DNA from: Spirochaetaceae bacterium
Lineage (GTDB): Bacteria > Spirochaetota > Spirochaetia > Treponematales > Breznakiellaceae
Direction: 5' to 3'
Assembly (NCBI GenBank): GCA_031282435.1
Contig: JAITDS010000015.1
Span: 1-38,674 of the forward strand
Length of the DNA stretch: 38,674 bases
Made by a program: the position numbers and the translations under genes. This document shows positions 15,612 to 24,853 of this stretch, in pieces; position 1 is the stretch's first letter; the number at the start of each line of letters is the position of its first letter. The notes beneath the pieces were generated by a model. The model had not been told where the DNA came from. It was given only the letters and a program-made list of their open reading frames with translations, and made no database searches.

Positions 15612-17882
15612 ATGTATATGAGCGATTTATTTTCAGCGGGAGCGGATGCCGCGAATTCGCCGCTGGCCGACCGCATGAGGCCGCGCACGTTGGACGACAT
15701 AATAGGGCAGGATCATATTGTAGGACAGGGCCGGCTTTTAAGACGAGCGATACAGGCGGACAGGATTTCTTCGCTCATATTTTACGGGCCGCCCGGAACG
15801 GGGAAAACAAGTCTTGCCCGCGTAATTGCCAACACGACTAAGGCTTGGTTCGAAAGTTTGAACGCGGTGCTTTCCGGTGTCAAAGACATTCGGGACGCGA
15901 TAGACCGCGCTTCGGAACGCCGCAAATTGTACGGACAGCGCACGATACTTTTTGTTGACGAGGTTCACCGCTGGAATAAGGCGCAGCAGGATGCGTTGTT
16001 GCCATGGGTGGAGAACGGCACCGTGATTCTTGTAGGCGCTACGACAGAAAATCCTTTTTTTGAAGTAAACCGCGCTCTTGTAAGCCGCAGCCGCATCTTT
16101 CAATTAAAGTCTCTGGAAAAATCAGACCTAATGCTTACCGCGAAAAGGACGCTTGCGGATAAGGAAAGAGGTTACGGCAAACTTAACGTTACGTTTGAAG
16201 GCGGCGCTCTGGAACATCTTGTTGAAGTCGCGGGAGGAGACGCTAGGTCTCTGCTTAACGCTCTGGAATTAGCGGTGGAGACCACGCCCGAAAAAAACGG
16301 CGGAATTTTTATAACGATGGAAGCCGCGGAAGAGAGTATTCAGCGGCGGGCCGTACTGTACGACAAAGACGGGGATTACCACTTTGACACTATAAGCGCG
16401 TTTATAAAAAGCGTACGGGGCAGTGATCCGGATGCGGCGTTGTATTGGCTTGCCAAAATGCTGCGGGCGGGCGAGGATCCGGCCTTTATCTTCCGCCGCA
16501 TGATAATTCTCGCAAGCGAGGATATCGGGATGGCCGACCCGTACGCCTTGGGCGTTGTAATCGCCTGCGCCGAATCATTTGACCGTATAGGGTTTCCAGA
16601 AGGAAACTATCCGCTTGCCGAAGCCTGCCTGTATCTTTCCACCGCGCCAAAATCTAACAGCGCCATGGCTTTTTTCGATGCCATGTCCGTTGTGAATAAA
16701 GAGGACGCTGAAGTGCCGTCCCACCTGCGCGACTCAAGCCGCGATAAAGAAGGTTTCGGACATGGTGAGGGTTATGTTTATCCGCACGCATACCGCGAAC
16801 ATTGGAAAGCGCAACAGTATCTGCCGTCAAAATTGCAGGGAAAACTCTTTTATACGCCGTCCCAAATAGGGTACGAAAAAACCATAAGAAAAGAAGTGTT
16901 GCGAAAACGGGAATTGCAAGCCGCGGCTCTGCTTGGCAGTGATACGGCGCTTCCGGGAGACGGCGAATATTTATCGTGGTCGCCAAAAAGCAAGGGAATG
17001 GAAGCGTGGATGCGCCGCCTTGAATCTGGGCGCAGCGCGTTGCTGCTTTCGGACCGTAACGCGATTATGGACGAGGCCGCCCCGAAACGGCATGACCGCA
17101 TCCTTGTATTGAGAGCGGATGACGGGCTTCTTGTTTGGGAAGGACTTAGACGCGCGCCGGAAGGTCTGTGCGCCGCCTGTGTTACAAGCGAAGCCGCCCG
17201 CGAAACTCTGCGGCGCTTTGCCTCGTCCGCTTCATTTGACGATACCGAACTGCCTAAAATAGCGGTTCAGGCCGGTTTACCTTCTCCGCAAGCGGCTGAA
17301 GATTTTTTTGACTGTTCTGTTTTTGATTGCATACTGGTACGTGAGCCTTGGCGGGGAATAAAATCTTCCGGCGATTATACCGGCGTTTTTGCCGCGTCCG
17401 CGGCCCCTCTGCTTGCCGCTAAAGGCCGGCTCGTGTTTATCGCTTCCCCGCCGGAAGCGGGTGAACGGCTTTCCCGCATTGTGGAAACGGAAGCGGCAAG
17501 CGGCCTTTTGAAGGCGGACGCCGCTCTAATTCATAGCTTGAAACAAGCGGAAAGCGCGTTTTTTGCCGGACAAAAAAGCGGCGGCGCGGCTGAAAACCTG
17601 TTTTGGAACGAAGAAACGCTTAAAAGCTCTTTTTTTAATGCGGGTTTTGATATTAAAATCCGTGTTTTAGAACAAAAAGAGGAGCGCCTTGTTACGGAAC
17701 GGGACATTTCGCTCTGGTTCAACAAAGAAAAATCGCTCTGGGGCGCTTCGGTACACTCTTTTATGGGCGAAGCGGACTTTGAAGCGGTAAAAAATCTGCT
17801 TGTTGAGCGAGCCAAGCAAGGCCCTATGCTTTGGAAATGGAAAAGCCTGCTTTGCCGCGCCGTACTCCTTGCTAAAACATAA
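15612..17882 (+). CDS. rarA: Replication-associated recombination protein A (AAA+ ATPase) with a ~300-aa C-terminal extension
   Basis: The start MYMSDLF...PLADRMRPRTLDDIIGQDH is followed by Walker A GPPGTGKTS and Walker B LFVDEVHRWNK. The MgsA C-terminal region (DPDAALYWLAKML, YVYPHAY..QQYLP) ends near codon 450. A further ~300 aa have no RarA counterpart. Confidence 0.85.
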   Translation: MYMSDLFSAGADAANSPLADRMRPRTLDDIIGQDHIVGQGRLLRRAIQADRISSLIFYGPPGTGKTSLARVIANTTKAWFESLNAVLSGVKDIRDAIDRASERRKLYGQRTILFVDEVHRWNKAQQDALLPWVENGTVILVGATTENPFFEVNRALVSRSRIFQLKSLEKSDLMLTAKRTLADKERGYGKLNVTFEGGALEHLVEVAGGDARSLLNALELAVETTPEKNGGIFITMEAAEESIQRRAVLYDKDGDYHFDTISAFIKSVRGSDPDAALYWLAKMLRAGEDPAFIFRRMIILASEDIGMADPYALGVVIACAESFDRIGFPEGNYPLAEACLYLSTAPKSNSAMAFFDAMSVVNKEDAEVPSHLRDSSRDKEGFGHGEGYVYPHAYREHWKAQQYLPSKLQGKLFYTPSQIGYEKTIRKEVLRKRELQAAALLGSDTALPGDGEYLSWSPKSKGMEAWMRRLESGRSALLLSDRNAIMDEAAPKRHDRILVLRADDGLLVWEGLRRAPEGLCAACVTSEAARETLRRFASSASFDDTELPKIAVQAGLPSPQAAEDFFDCSVFDCILVREPWRGIKSSGDYTGVFAASAAPLLAAKGRLVFIASPPEAGERLSRIVETEAASGLLKADAALIHSLKQAESAFFAGQKSGGAAENLFWNEETLKSSFFNAGFDIKIRVLEQKEERLVTERDISLWFNKEKSLWGASVHSFMGEADFEAVKNLLVERAKQGPMLWKWKSLLCRAVLLAKT

Positions 17883-17904
17883 AAATTACGGAAATCTTTG
17901 AAGT

Positions 17905-19293
17905 ATGCTGATAAAAGATATTCTTAAAATGGAAGCGGATAATCAAGAAATCACTGTTTCCGGCTGGGTACGCACAAAACGCGACATGAAAAATCTTGTT
18001 TTTGTCGAAGTAAACGACGGTTCATGTTTTGCGGGGATACAGTGTACGTTTGATAAAGGAAAGGCGCTTAGCGCGGAAACAGGACTTGCGCTTTCGAGGC
18101 TTACGGCGGGCGCGTCCGTAAAGACCCGCGGACGGCTTACACCGTCTCCGGCATCCGGTCAAAAGGTAGAGCTTGCGGCGGAAGAGCTTTTTATCATTGG
18201 AGAGACGGACGCGGAGTCGTACCCGCTGCAAAAAAAGCGTCATTCGCTGGATTTTCTGCGGGAAATAGCGCACCTGCGCGCCCGAACCACTACTTTTGGG
18301 GCTGTGGCGCGTGTCCGGAGCCGTCTCGCCTTCGCGGTAAACCGTTTCTTTGAGGAACGCGGCTTTTTTCTCGTACACACTCCGCTGATAACCTCTAACG
18401 ACGCGGAAGGCGCGGGCGCGATGTTTCAGGTTACCACGCTTGATTTAGCCGCTTTAGCCAAGTCTGCCGCGCCGCCGGACTGGAGCCGCGACTTTTTCGC
18501 AAAACACTGCTATCTAACCGTTTCCGGCCAGCTTGAAGCGGAAACATACGCCGCCGCTTTGTCGCGGGTTTATACGTTTGGCCCTACTTTCCGCGCTGAA
18601 AACTCCAACACAAGCCGTCATCTTGCCGAATTCTGGATGATAGAACCCGAAATCGCGTTTGCCGAACTGCCGGATCTCATGGCGCTCGCGGAGGAGTTTT
18701 TAAAATATCTTTTTGCGGACACTCTTGAAAAAAGCGAAGACGACCTAGCTTTTTTTGACCAGCGAATACAGAAAGGCGTAATTGAAAATCTAAAAAATCT
18801 TGTAACAGCAAAATTTACGCATATAACATATACGGACGCGATAAGCGAGCTTCAAAAATCAAAAGCCCCCTTTGAGTTCAAGCCCGTCTGGGGCTGCGAT
18901 TTGCAGACCGAACATGAAAAGTATTTAACTGAAAAAGTTGCGTCCGGGCCGGTTATAGTTACGGATTATCCAAAAGAAATAAAAGCGTTTTACATGAAAT
19001 TGAACGGCGACAACAAAACCGTCCGCGCCATGGACGTGCTTGTACCGCGTCTGGGTGAAATAATAGGCGGCTCCCAGCGCGAAGAAAACCTGCAAAAACT
19101 GGAACTCCGCATGGCCGAACTTGGAATGAATACGCGGGATTATTCATGGTATCTTGACCTGCGCCGCTACGGGACTGTCCCCCATTCCGGCTTTGGCTTG
19201 GGTTTTGAGCGCCTTGTTCAATACGTTACCGGAATGGCAAATATCCGCGACGTTATTCCGTACCCGCGAGCCGCAGGGCAAGCGGATTTTTAG
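17905..19293 (+). CDS. asnS: Asparagine--tRNA ligase
   Basis: 462 aa. An N-terminal OB fold (VSGWVRTKRDMKNLVFVEVNDGS) is followed by class II motifs FRAENSNTSRHLAEFWMIEPE and GFGLGFERL. Confidence 0.9.
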   Translation: MLIKDILKMEADNQEITVSGWVRTKRDMKNLVFVEVNDGSCFAGIQCTFDKGKALSAETGLALSRLTAGASVKTRGRLTPSPASGQKVELAAEELFIIGETDAESYPLQKKRHSLDFLREIAHLRARTTTFGAVARVRSRLAFAVNRFFEERGFFLVHTPLITSNDAEGAGAMFQVTTLDLAALAKSAAPPDWSRDFFAKHCYLTVSGQLEAETYAAALSRVYTFGPTFRAENSNTSRHLAEFWMIEPEIAFAELPDLMALAEEFLKYLFADTLEKSEDDLAFFDQRIQKGVIENLKNLVTAKFTHITYTDAISELQKSKAPFEFKPVWGCDLQTEHEKYLTEKVASGPVIVTDYPKEIKAFYMKLNGDNKTVRAMDVLVPRLGEIIGGSQREENLQKLELRMAELGMNTRDYSWYLDLRRYGTVPHSGFGLGFERLVQYVTGMANIRDVIPYPRAAGQADF

Positions 19294-19367
19294 CCCGCCG
19301 GCGGCCACTAGCAACTTTCCCGCCCCGCGCTCAGCAAGAAGGGGCATTAGCTTACGGGAAATACGCT

Positions 19368-19420
19368 TGAATTCGATAATCAGAATTCGGGCGCATCGCC
19401 GCCATGCGGCGACCGGGCTA
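19368..19420 (+). repeat. REP-like element, terminal fragment
   Basis: CTTGAATTCGATAATCAGAATTCGGGCGCAT matches the left end of copy 3 and then diverges. Confidence 0.5.
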
Positions 19421-19488
19421 TTCGCTCTAATTAAACAGGACGGCGTAAAACGCCATCCTGTTTAATTCCGCTTCTATCCCTTGCGCTG

Positions 19489-19518
19489 GCCAACGCGCTG
19501 AAAGCGCGTTGGCTTTTT
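19489..19518 (+). terminator. Rho-independent terminator candidate downstream of asnS
   Basis: A 10-bp GC-rich stem GCCAACGCGC / GCGCGTTGGC with loop TGAAA is followed by TTTTT. Confidence 0.6.
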
Positions 19519-19530
19519 GGAAACAGCCCC

Positions 19531-19947
19531 TCAATCCATGTTGAATTTATGCTCAAGCAGCCATGCCGCAACCCAAAAGAAGAGCGCGGCGAAGGCGATT
19601 CTCAAAAGAAGCTGTATGGCCTCACTATTAGCCGTCCACGTAACGAGTTTGCTTAGAAGGACTTTCACAATGACCATGCCCGCATCATACACACTGAAGC
19701 CGGCAAGCTCACGAAAACACGGGAACATCCAGCCAATCGCTATTGCGGTGTAGACGAGGCATATCTGCAAGATGGTTATTACAGAAATACTGTTGACTTC
19801 GGCGGCAAAATGAGCCCCCCACCCCCCCTCCCCCCAGTCTTTGTACCTAAATCTCTGATTAAGATAAAAAATCAATATGGAGACAGCGCATACGATAAAA
19901 GTCAACAGAAAGGAGGCCGGCGATGCTGTCGTTGAAACCGTAATCAC
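19531..19947 (-). CDS. Small hydrophobic membrane protein of unknown function (coding status uncertain)
   Basis: 138 aa with 3-4 predicted TM segments. It has a GTG start and a weak SD. The coding strand contains G6-A-G7-T-G6 (19815-19835) encoding WGEGGWG. Confidence 0.4.
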   Translation of the reverse strand: MITVSTTASPASFLLTFIVCAVSILIFYLNQRFRYKDWGEGGWGAHFAAEVNSISVITILQICLVYTAIAIGWMFPCFRELAGFSVYDAGMVIVKVLLSKLVTWTANSEAIQLLLRIAFAALFFWVAAWLLEHKFNMD

Positions 19948-20001
19948 TCCGGTAATCCGGCGGCCATTGACTTAGCTTTATTACGGGGTTAGCATTTTTT
20001 T

Positions 20002-21609
20002 ATGAAAAAACGCGCGTTGATTAGTGTTTATGATAAAAGCAATGTTACGGAGCTTGCCGCGGCGCTTACGGAGATGAATTGGGAGCTTGTTTCGACCGGC
20101 GGAACCGCCGCCTATCTGCGCGAAGCCGGTTTTGCGGTTACCAGTGTTGAGAGCCTGACGGGTTTCCCTGAATGTTTGGACGGGCGTATAAAAACTCTCC
20201 ACCCCGCTGTTCACGCGGGACTTTTAGCCCGCAGAACCGAAAAATCGCATAGGGATGCGCTGGAAAAACTTGACATAGGGATGATTGACCTTGTAGCGGT
20301 AAATCTATATCCATTCTTCCAAAAACTTAATCAAACACCGCCGCTGACGCAGGATGAACTGATAGAATTTATTGATATAGGCGGCCCCGCCATGCTGCGC
20401 TCCGCCGCAAAGAATTTTAATGATGTAATAGCGCTCTGCGACCCGGAAGATTACCACACAGTCATACAGAGCCTGCGGCAAAACAGCGGCTTAGACATTG
20501 AATTTAAGAAACGGCTTGCGGGCAAAGTTTTCAACTTAACTTCCGCTTACGATGCCTCCGTTTCACAGTTTCTTTTGTCCTCCGGTAAAACTGAATTTCC
20601 GCCATACTATAACTTATCGTTAAAACGCGCCGCGCCGTTGCGTTATGGTGAAAACCCTCAGCAAAAAGCCGCGTTGTATCTAAGGACGGACGAGCGGGGC
20701 GCAATGGCTAAAATTGAACAGCTTGGCGGTAAGGCGCTTAGCTATAATAACTATCGCGACATTGACCTGGCATGGAAAGCCGTATGCTCTTTTGGTATGC
20801 CGGACGGCGGTTTTGCGGCGTTGGGGGCGGACGATGCGGCCAGACTGCTCAATTTTAAAGACAACGCCACGTTAAAAGCCTGCGTTGCGGTTAAACACAA
20901 CACCCCATGCGGGGCGGCGCTTGGGGAAAACGTGCTTGAAGCCTTTGAAAAAACCTATCTCTGCGATACCGTATCAATCTTTGGCGGCGTTGTAGCGTTT
21001 AATTCTACGCTTGACGCGGAAACCGCCCAAAAATTGAATTCTATTTTTCTTGAAGTGGTAATAGCGCCCGCTTACAAAGAAGAAGCCGTTGAAATCCTGC
21101 AAAAAAAACAGAATTTATGCGTAATACTGGCGGCTTTTCCTCCGTCTGAACGGCAGGAATGTGTAAGCATAGACGGCGGATTACTGGTACAGGAAACTAA
21201 CAAAACCTTGCTGGAAAAATGGGATGTAGTTACAAAAACCCGCGTTGATCCGGCGGATATTCCCGATATGCTTTTTGGCCTGCGGCTCGTAAACTCGGTT
21301 AAATCTAACGCGGTTGTTTTGGTAAAAGACGGCGCGGCGATAGGGATAGGCGGCGGGCAGACAAGCCGTATTAACTCGGCGGAACAAGCTTTGCAAAAGG
21401 CCGGTATGCGCGGAAATTCCGCAACCCCCCGCGTCCTTGCCTCCGATGCGTTTTTCCCGTTTCCTGATGTTGTAGAGGCGGCGGCTAAGGGCGGTGTTAA
21501 GGCCATTATTCAGAGCGGCGGCTCAAACAAGGACGCTCTTTCAATAGAAGCGTGCGATAAATACGGTATAGCGATGGTTTTTACGGGGGCGCGTTACTTT
21601 AAACATTAA
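20002..21609 (+). CDS. purH: Bifunctional AICAR transformylase / IMP cyclohydrolase
   Basis: 535 aa. The N-terminal MGS-like domain (KRALISVYDKS...STGGTA) and the C-terminal AICARFT domain (GGQTSRI, AFFPFPD) are both present. Confidence 0.9.
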   Translation: MKKRALISVYDKSNVTELAAALTEMNWELVSTGGTAAYLREAGFAVTSVESLTGFPECLDGRIKTLHPAVHAGLLARRTEKSHRDALEKLDIGMIDLVAVNLYPFFQKLNQTPPLTQDELIEFIDIGGPAMLRSAAKNFNDVIALCDPEDYHTVIQSLRQNSGLDIEFKKRLAGKVFNLTSAYDASVSQFLLSSGKTEFPPYYNLSLKRAAPLRYGENPQQKAALYLRTDERGAMAKIEQLGGKALSYNNYRDIDLAWKAVCSFGMPDGGFAALGADDAARLLNFKDNATLKACVAVKHNTPCGAALGENVLEAFEKTYLCDTVSIFGGVVAFNSTLDAETAQKLNSIFLEVVIAPAYKEEAVEILQKKQNLCVILAAFPPSERQECVSIDGGLLVQETNKTLLEKWDVVTKTRVDPADIPDMLFGLRLVNSVKSNAVVLVKDGAAIGIGGGQTSRINSAEQALQKAGMRGNSATPRVLASDAFFPFPDVVEAAAKGGVKAIIQSGGSNKDALSIEACDKYGIAMVFTGARYFKH

Positions 21610-21610
21610 T

Positions 21611-22432
21611 ATGTCTTTTTTATTACAACCTTCATGCTGTCTTATATTTCGCGGAAGCGAGCTTGTCGTCCCCTGCGGCTTTGAAATCCGGCGTATCCTA
21701 GAAGGAGTCCCGGTTGACATGGCGAGGGCGGATTTTTCTCCTAAAGAAATTCACTATTTTGAAACACCGCTGATAGACAGAAGCGCGATTATCCCGTGTT
21801 TCTCGCTTAACAAAAATGTCCTGTTGCCGTCCGGCTGGCGAAGCGTTCCGGTACGCGCTTTAGCGGCGGAATTTTTCGCGGGGCATGAATTGAGTGTGGC
21901 ACCGGCTTTACCTGTAATTTTTCGCGCCTGCCACATAGCCCAATGGCTTTTAGATTCGGTTTTCTGCGGAAGCTGCGGGGCAAAAAATGAAATGTCTAAA
22001 CATGAATTTTCCCGTAAATGTCCGGTATGCGGCAGAATTGAGTATCCCAGAGTATCGCCCGCGATTATTATCCGTATAATCAACGCTAATGACGAAATAC
22101 TTCTTGCACACGACAAAAAATTCAGCGAAAACATTTATAGTTTGATAGCGGGTTTTTACGAGGCGGGGGAACGTCTTGAAGATACCGCGGAACGCGAAGT
22201 TTTTGAAGAAGTTGGTCTGCGTATAAAGAATATTCGTTACATAAGCTCGCAAAGCTGGCCGTTTCCTAATTCTCTTATGATTGGTTTCTCGGCGGATTAC
22301 TCCGGCGGCAATATACGATGCGACGGCGTTGAAATAGAGGATGCCCGCTGGTTTAAGCGCGATAATCTTCCAAATCTACCCGCTTACGGCTCTATAGCCC
22401 GCAGTCTAATAGAAGAATGGCGGACAAGTTAG
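21611..22432 (+). CDS. nudC: NADH pyrophosphatase (Nudix hydrolase)
   Basis: A zinc ribbon CGSCG...CPVCG is followed by the Nudix box GFYEAGERLEDTAEREVFEEVGL and the NudC signature SQSWPFPNS. Confidence 0.85.
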   Translation: MSFLLQPSCCLIFRGSELVVPCGFEIRRILEGVPVDMARADFSPKEIHYFETPLIDRSAIIPCFSLNKNVLLPSGWRSVPVRALAAEFFAGHELSVAPALPVIFRACHIAQWLLDSVFCGSCGAKNEMSKHEFSRKCPVCGRIEYPRVSPAIIIRIINANDEILLAHDKKFSENIYSLIAGFYEAGERLEDTAEREVFEEVGLRIKNIRYISSQSWPFPNSLMIGFSADYSGGNIRCDGVEIEDARWFKRDNLPNLPAYGSIARSLIEEWRTS

Positions 22433-22461
22433 CGATTTTTACCTTCAAACGAAGTCCCACA

Positions 22462-22533
22462 CCCCCCGAAAAGCGCGGTTTTCACCTGACGCAGGCGCGC
22501 CTGCGTCAGGTGAAAATGCGCCCAAAATGAAAA
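22462..22533 (-). repeat. REP-like element, partial (distal hairpin end only)
   Basis: CCCCCGAAAAGCGCGGTTTTCACCTGACGCAGGCGCGCCTGCGTCAGGTGAAAATGCGCCCAAAATGAAAAAAGAG. The tail matches the left end of copy 1. Confidence 0.7.
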
Positions 22534-22656
22534 AAGAGTAATATTCCTCATGATACAACGCTGTTTTCAAACTAACTGCAATGTAGGAAGGCTGCTGGCG
22601 GCTCTCTGTTCGAAGCGGCGAAAAAATCAAGAAATGGTTTCAAGAATTTCGTTTTT

Positions 22657-23742
22657 TTATACACGTTTGCGCTCGGCTATTATGTGTAAAAGGCGTTCCT
22701 TAAAAGCGGTTTTTGAAAACTTTTGCGCATGAACGTTAAAAGCGGCGCGGTCAGTAAAGCCGGATTCGATTGCTTCAAAACGTACTATGGCGGCCGCAAG
22801 CGAGTCGGCGGACTGTTCGTCAAAGAATATGCCGGTAACGTTTTCTTTTACCGTTTCAATAGCGCCGCCTCTACGGTACGCGATAACGGGACAACCCGCC
22901 GCGGCGGCTTCTACCGGCACAAGTCCCATATCCTCAATACCCGGAAAAAGCAAAGCCTTTGCCTGTGACAAAAGACGCGCCGCTTCCGCGTCCGAAACCC
23001 GTCCGGCAAACGTCAATCCTGTCCGTTTCTTAAACTTTTTTGTAGACCCGCCTCCCGCGATAATAAGTTTTTTGCCAAGCGCGGCGCAGGCATCCATCGC
23101 AATATCAACACGTTTATTTTCGCTTATCTGCCCCAATACAAGGTAATAGTCTTTAATATCTCGTTTAACGCCTTCGTATTTTTCAATGGGAACAGGTCCA
23201 AACACAACTTCGGCATCTCTGTTATAGTAACGTTTAATTCGTTTTGCCGTATATTCAGAATTCGTAATGAAGCGGTCTACAAGATTCGCCGATATTACAT
23301 CCCAAACCCGCAGATACGGCACCAAAAGTTTCATAAAAACGCGAAAAAAAAATGACGCGCCGTTAAGATATTCATGGTATAATTCCCAAATATAACGCAT
23401 AGGGCTATGGCAGTAGCATAGATGAAAAGCAAGCGGATTAACGACAACTCCCTTTGCGGGGCCTGCCTCGCTCGAAATAACAAGGTCATACTCTTGTAAA
23501 TTGAATTCCTGTAGAGCGCGTGGCATAAGCGGCATATACATTTTATACAGTTTTGACGCAAACGGAAGTCTGTTTATCGAGGATGTGTATATATTATGCC
23601 TGTTTATAGTCGCTGAAATGTTTTTTTTATTGTATACATGGGTGTAAACATCGGCATCAGGAAACAATTCAAGAATGGCTTCCAGCATCTTTTCCCCGCC
23701 GCGCATAGAAGTAAGCCAGTAATGAACAACGGCGACTTTCAT
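22657..23742 (-). CDS. GT4-family (group 1) glycosyltransferase
   Basis: The N-terminus MKVAVVHYWLTSMRGGEK is typical of this family, so I start at the second ATG (23742) rather than 23766. The C-terminal EX7E region is FPGIEDMGLVPVEAAAAG. Confidence 0.8.
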   Translation of the reverse strand: MKVAVVHYWLTSMRGGEKMLEAILELFPDADVYTHVYNKKNISATINRHNIYTSSINRLPFASKLYKMYMPLMPRALQEFNLQEYDLVISSEAGPAKGVVVNPLAFHLCYCHSPMRYIWELYHEYLNGASFFFRVFMKLLVPYLRVWDVISANLVDRFITNSEYTAKRIKRYYNRDAEVVFGPVPIEKYEGVKRDIKDYYLVLGQISENKRVDIAMDACAALGKKLIIAGGGSTKKFKKRTGLTFAGRVSDAEAARLLSQAKALLFPGIEDMGLVPVEAAAAGCPVIAYRRGGAIETVKENVTGIFFDEQSADSLAAAIVRFEAIESGFTDRAAFNVHAQKFSKTAFKERLLHIIAERKRV

Positions 23743-23799
23743 CGCCGTAGCTCTGTCCGGCAGCATCTGACGCGGCCATGGAGAACGGGTACGTCCTGT

Positions 23800-24390
23800 C
23801 TAAGACGAAAAAAAATTGCTGATTTGTTCCCGCGCATCTTGAACTATTGCCTCATAATTTGATTTAAGAGCGTCCATATTTTTTTTGTAGAATGCTAAAA
23901 ACTCAGGATCCTGAAACGGGTCAATGCGTACGTCCTGTCCAAACCGCCGGGACAGTTCTTCCTCTTTTTGACGAAGCGCCGGCGCGTACTGCCGTTTTAT
24001 CGCCTCTTCGTATTGAGCCGCTTCGTCAATGTAATGCGCCGCGGCAGTCTGAAACTGCTTCCACAAAGACGGTAAACCGGAATTGCGTATTAAAACCTGC
24101 AATCCTTTGCCGAGAGTTTCAAGCCGTTTTATATCTTTGTCGTCCTGTGGCAGAGAAATCCGCGCAAAAAAAACATCAAACAAACCTTGACGCAAGGCCT
24201 CTTTTATCGCGGCGGGTGTTTTCTCAACCGCCGTCCCCAGCGCCGCCGGCGAAATATCACCTTCTAAATACTCGTTAGCCAGTTTTTTTCCCTGTTGTTT
24301 GGCATCATGTTGTTCTAAACTATTCTTATCGCCATGTATCTGCTCCGTCCGTTCTAAAGCAAGCTCCAGCGCGCTCTTTATTTTACCCAT
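23800..24390 (-). CDS. Hypothetical helical protein
   Basis: 196-aa ORF with a GGAGA SD 5 nt upstream of the ATG. It is charged and helical with no TM helix and no motif I recognise. Confidence 0.5.
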   Translation of the reverse strand: MGKIKSALELALERTEQIHGDKNSLEQHDAKQQGKKLANEYLEGDISPAALGTAVEKTPAAIKEALRQGLFDVFFARISLPQDDKDIKRLETLGKGLQVLIRNSGLPSLWKQFQTAAAHYIDEAAQYEEAIKRQYAPALRQKEEELSRRFGQDVRIDPFQDPEFLAFYKKNMDALKSNYEAIVQDAREQISNFFSS

Positions 24391-24454
24391 CGGCTTCTCC
24401 TATCAAATAACAATCATTATAAAAAAATTACAGTTTTTCAAGGCGGCAAGAGGT

Positions 24455-24640
24455 CAAGCGCGTTAGCGCTTGCGCCGCGCAAGCGATTGTAGGGGTTGCG
24501 AAGCAAGACACGGCGCCCCCTGCGGGGGCGGCGTGGCCGGAGCGCGAAAGCGCGCAGCCCCGAAAAGCGCGGTTTTCACCTGCCGCAGTCGCAACTGCGG
24601 CAGGTGAAAATGCGCCCGAATTTTGAATATCGGATGTAAA
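24455..24640 (-). repeat. REP-like multi-hairpin element, copy 5
   Basis: The full core is present, with distal hairpin TTTTCACCTGCCGCAGTCGCAACTGCGGCAGGTGAAAA. It explains track ORF 24428..24643. Confidence 0.85.
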
Positions 24641-24735
24641 CATATTTACCGGAACTTAATGCCATTTTCAAACTTAACACGGGGAGGAAAGCCGCCGGCG
24701 GCCTTACACCGGGGGCGTTGATGTGCTAAAATATA

Positions 24736-24846
24736 GCGGGCTTGTTCGTCAACGCGGTTGCTTGTCGCCCAAGTCCTTGCAAAATGCGTGGCATTTTGCG
24801 TTTTCAAGCGGAAGTTGTTCGGAAACTTGAGATTTTCGAACAACTC
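24736..24846 (+). mobile_element. MITE-like element (~111 bp) flanked by TA/TA
   Basis: GCGGGCTTGTTCGTCAACGCGGTTGCTTGTCGCCCAAGTCCTTGCAAAATGCGTGGCATTTTGCGTTTTCAAGCGGAAGTTGTTCGGAAACTTGAGATTTTCGAACAACTC. The ends form an imperfect inverted repeat (CTTGTTCG / CGAACAAC). It lies 7 nt upstream of the pfp ORF. Confidence 0.7.
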
Positions 24847-24853
24847 TAGTTAA

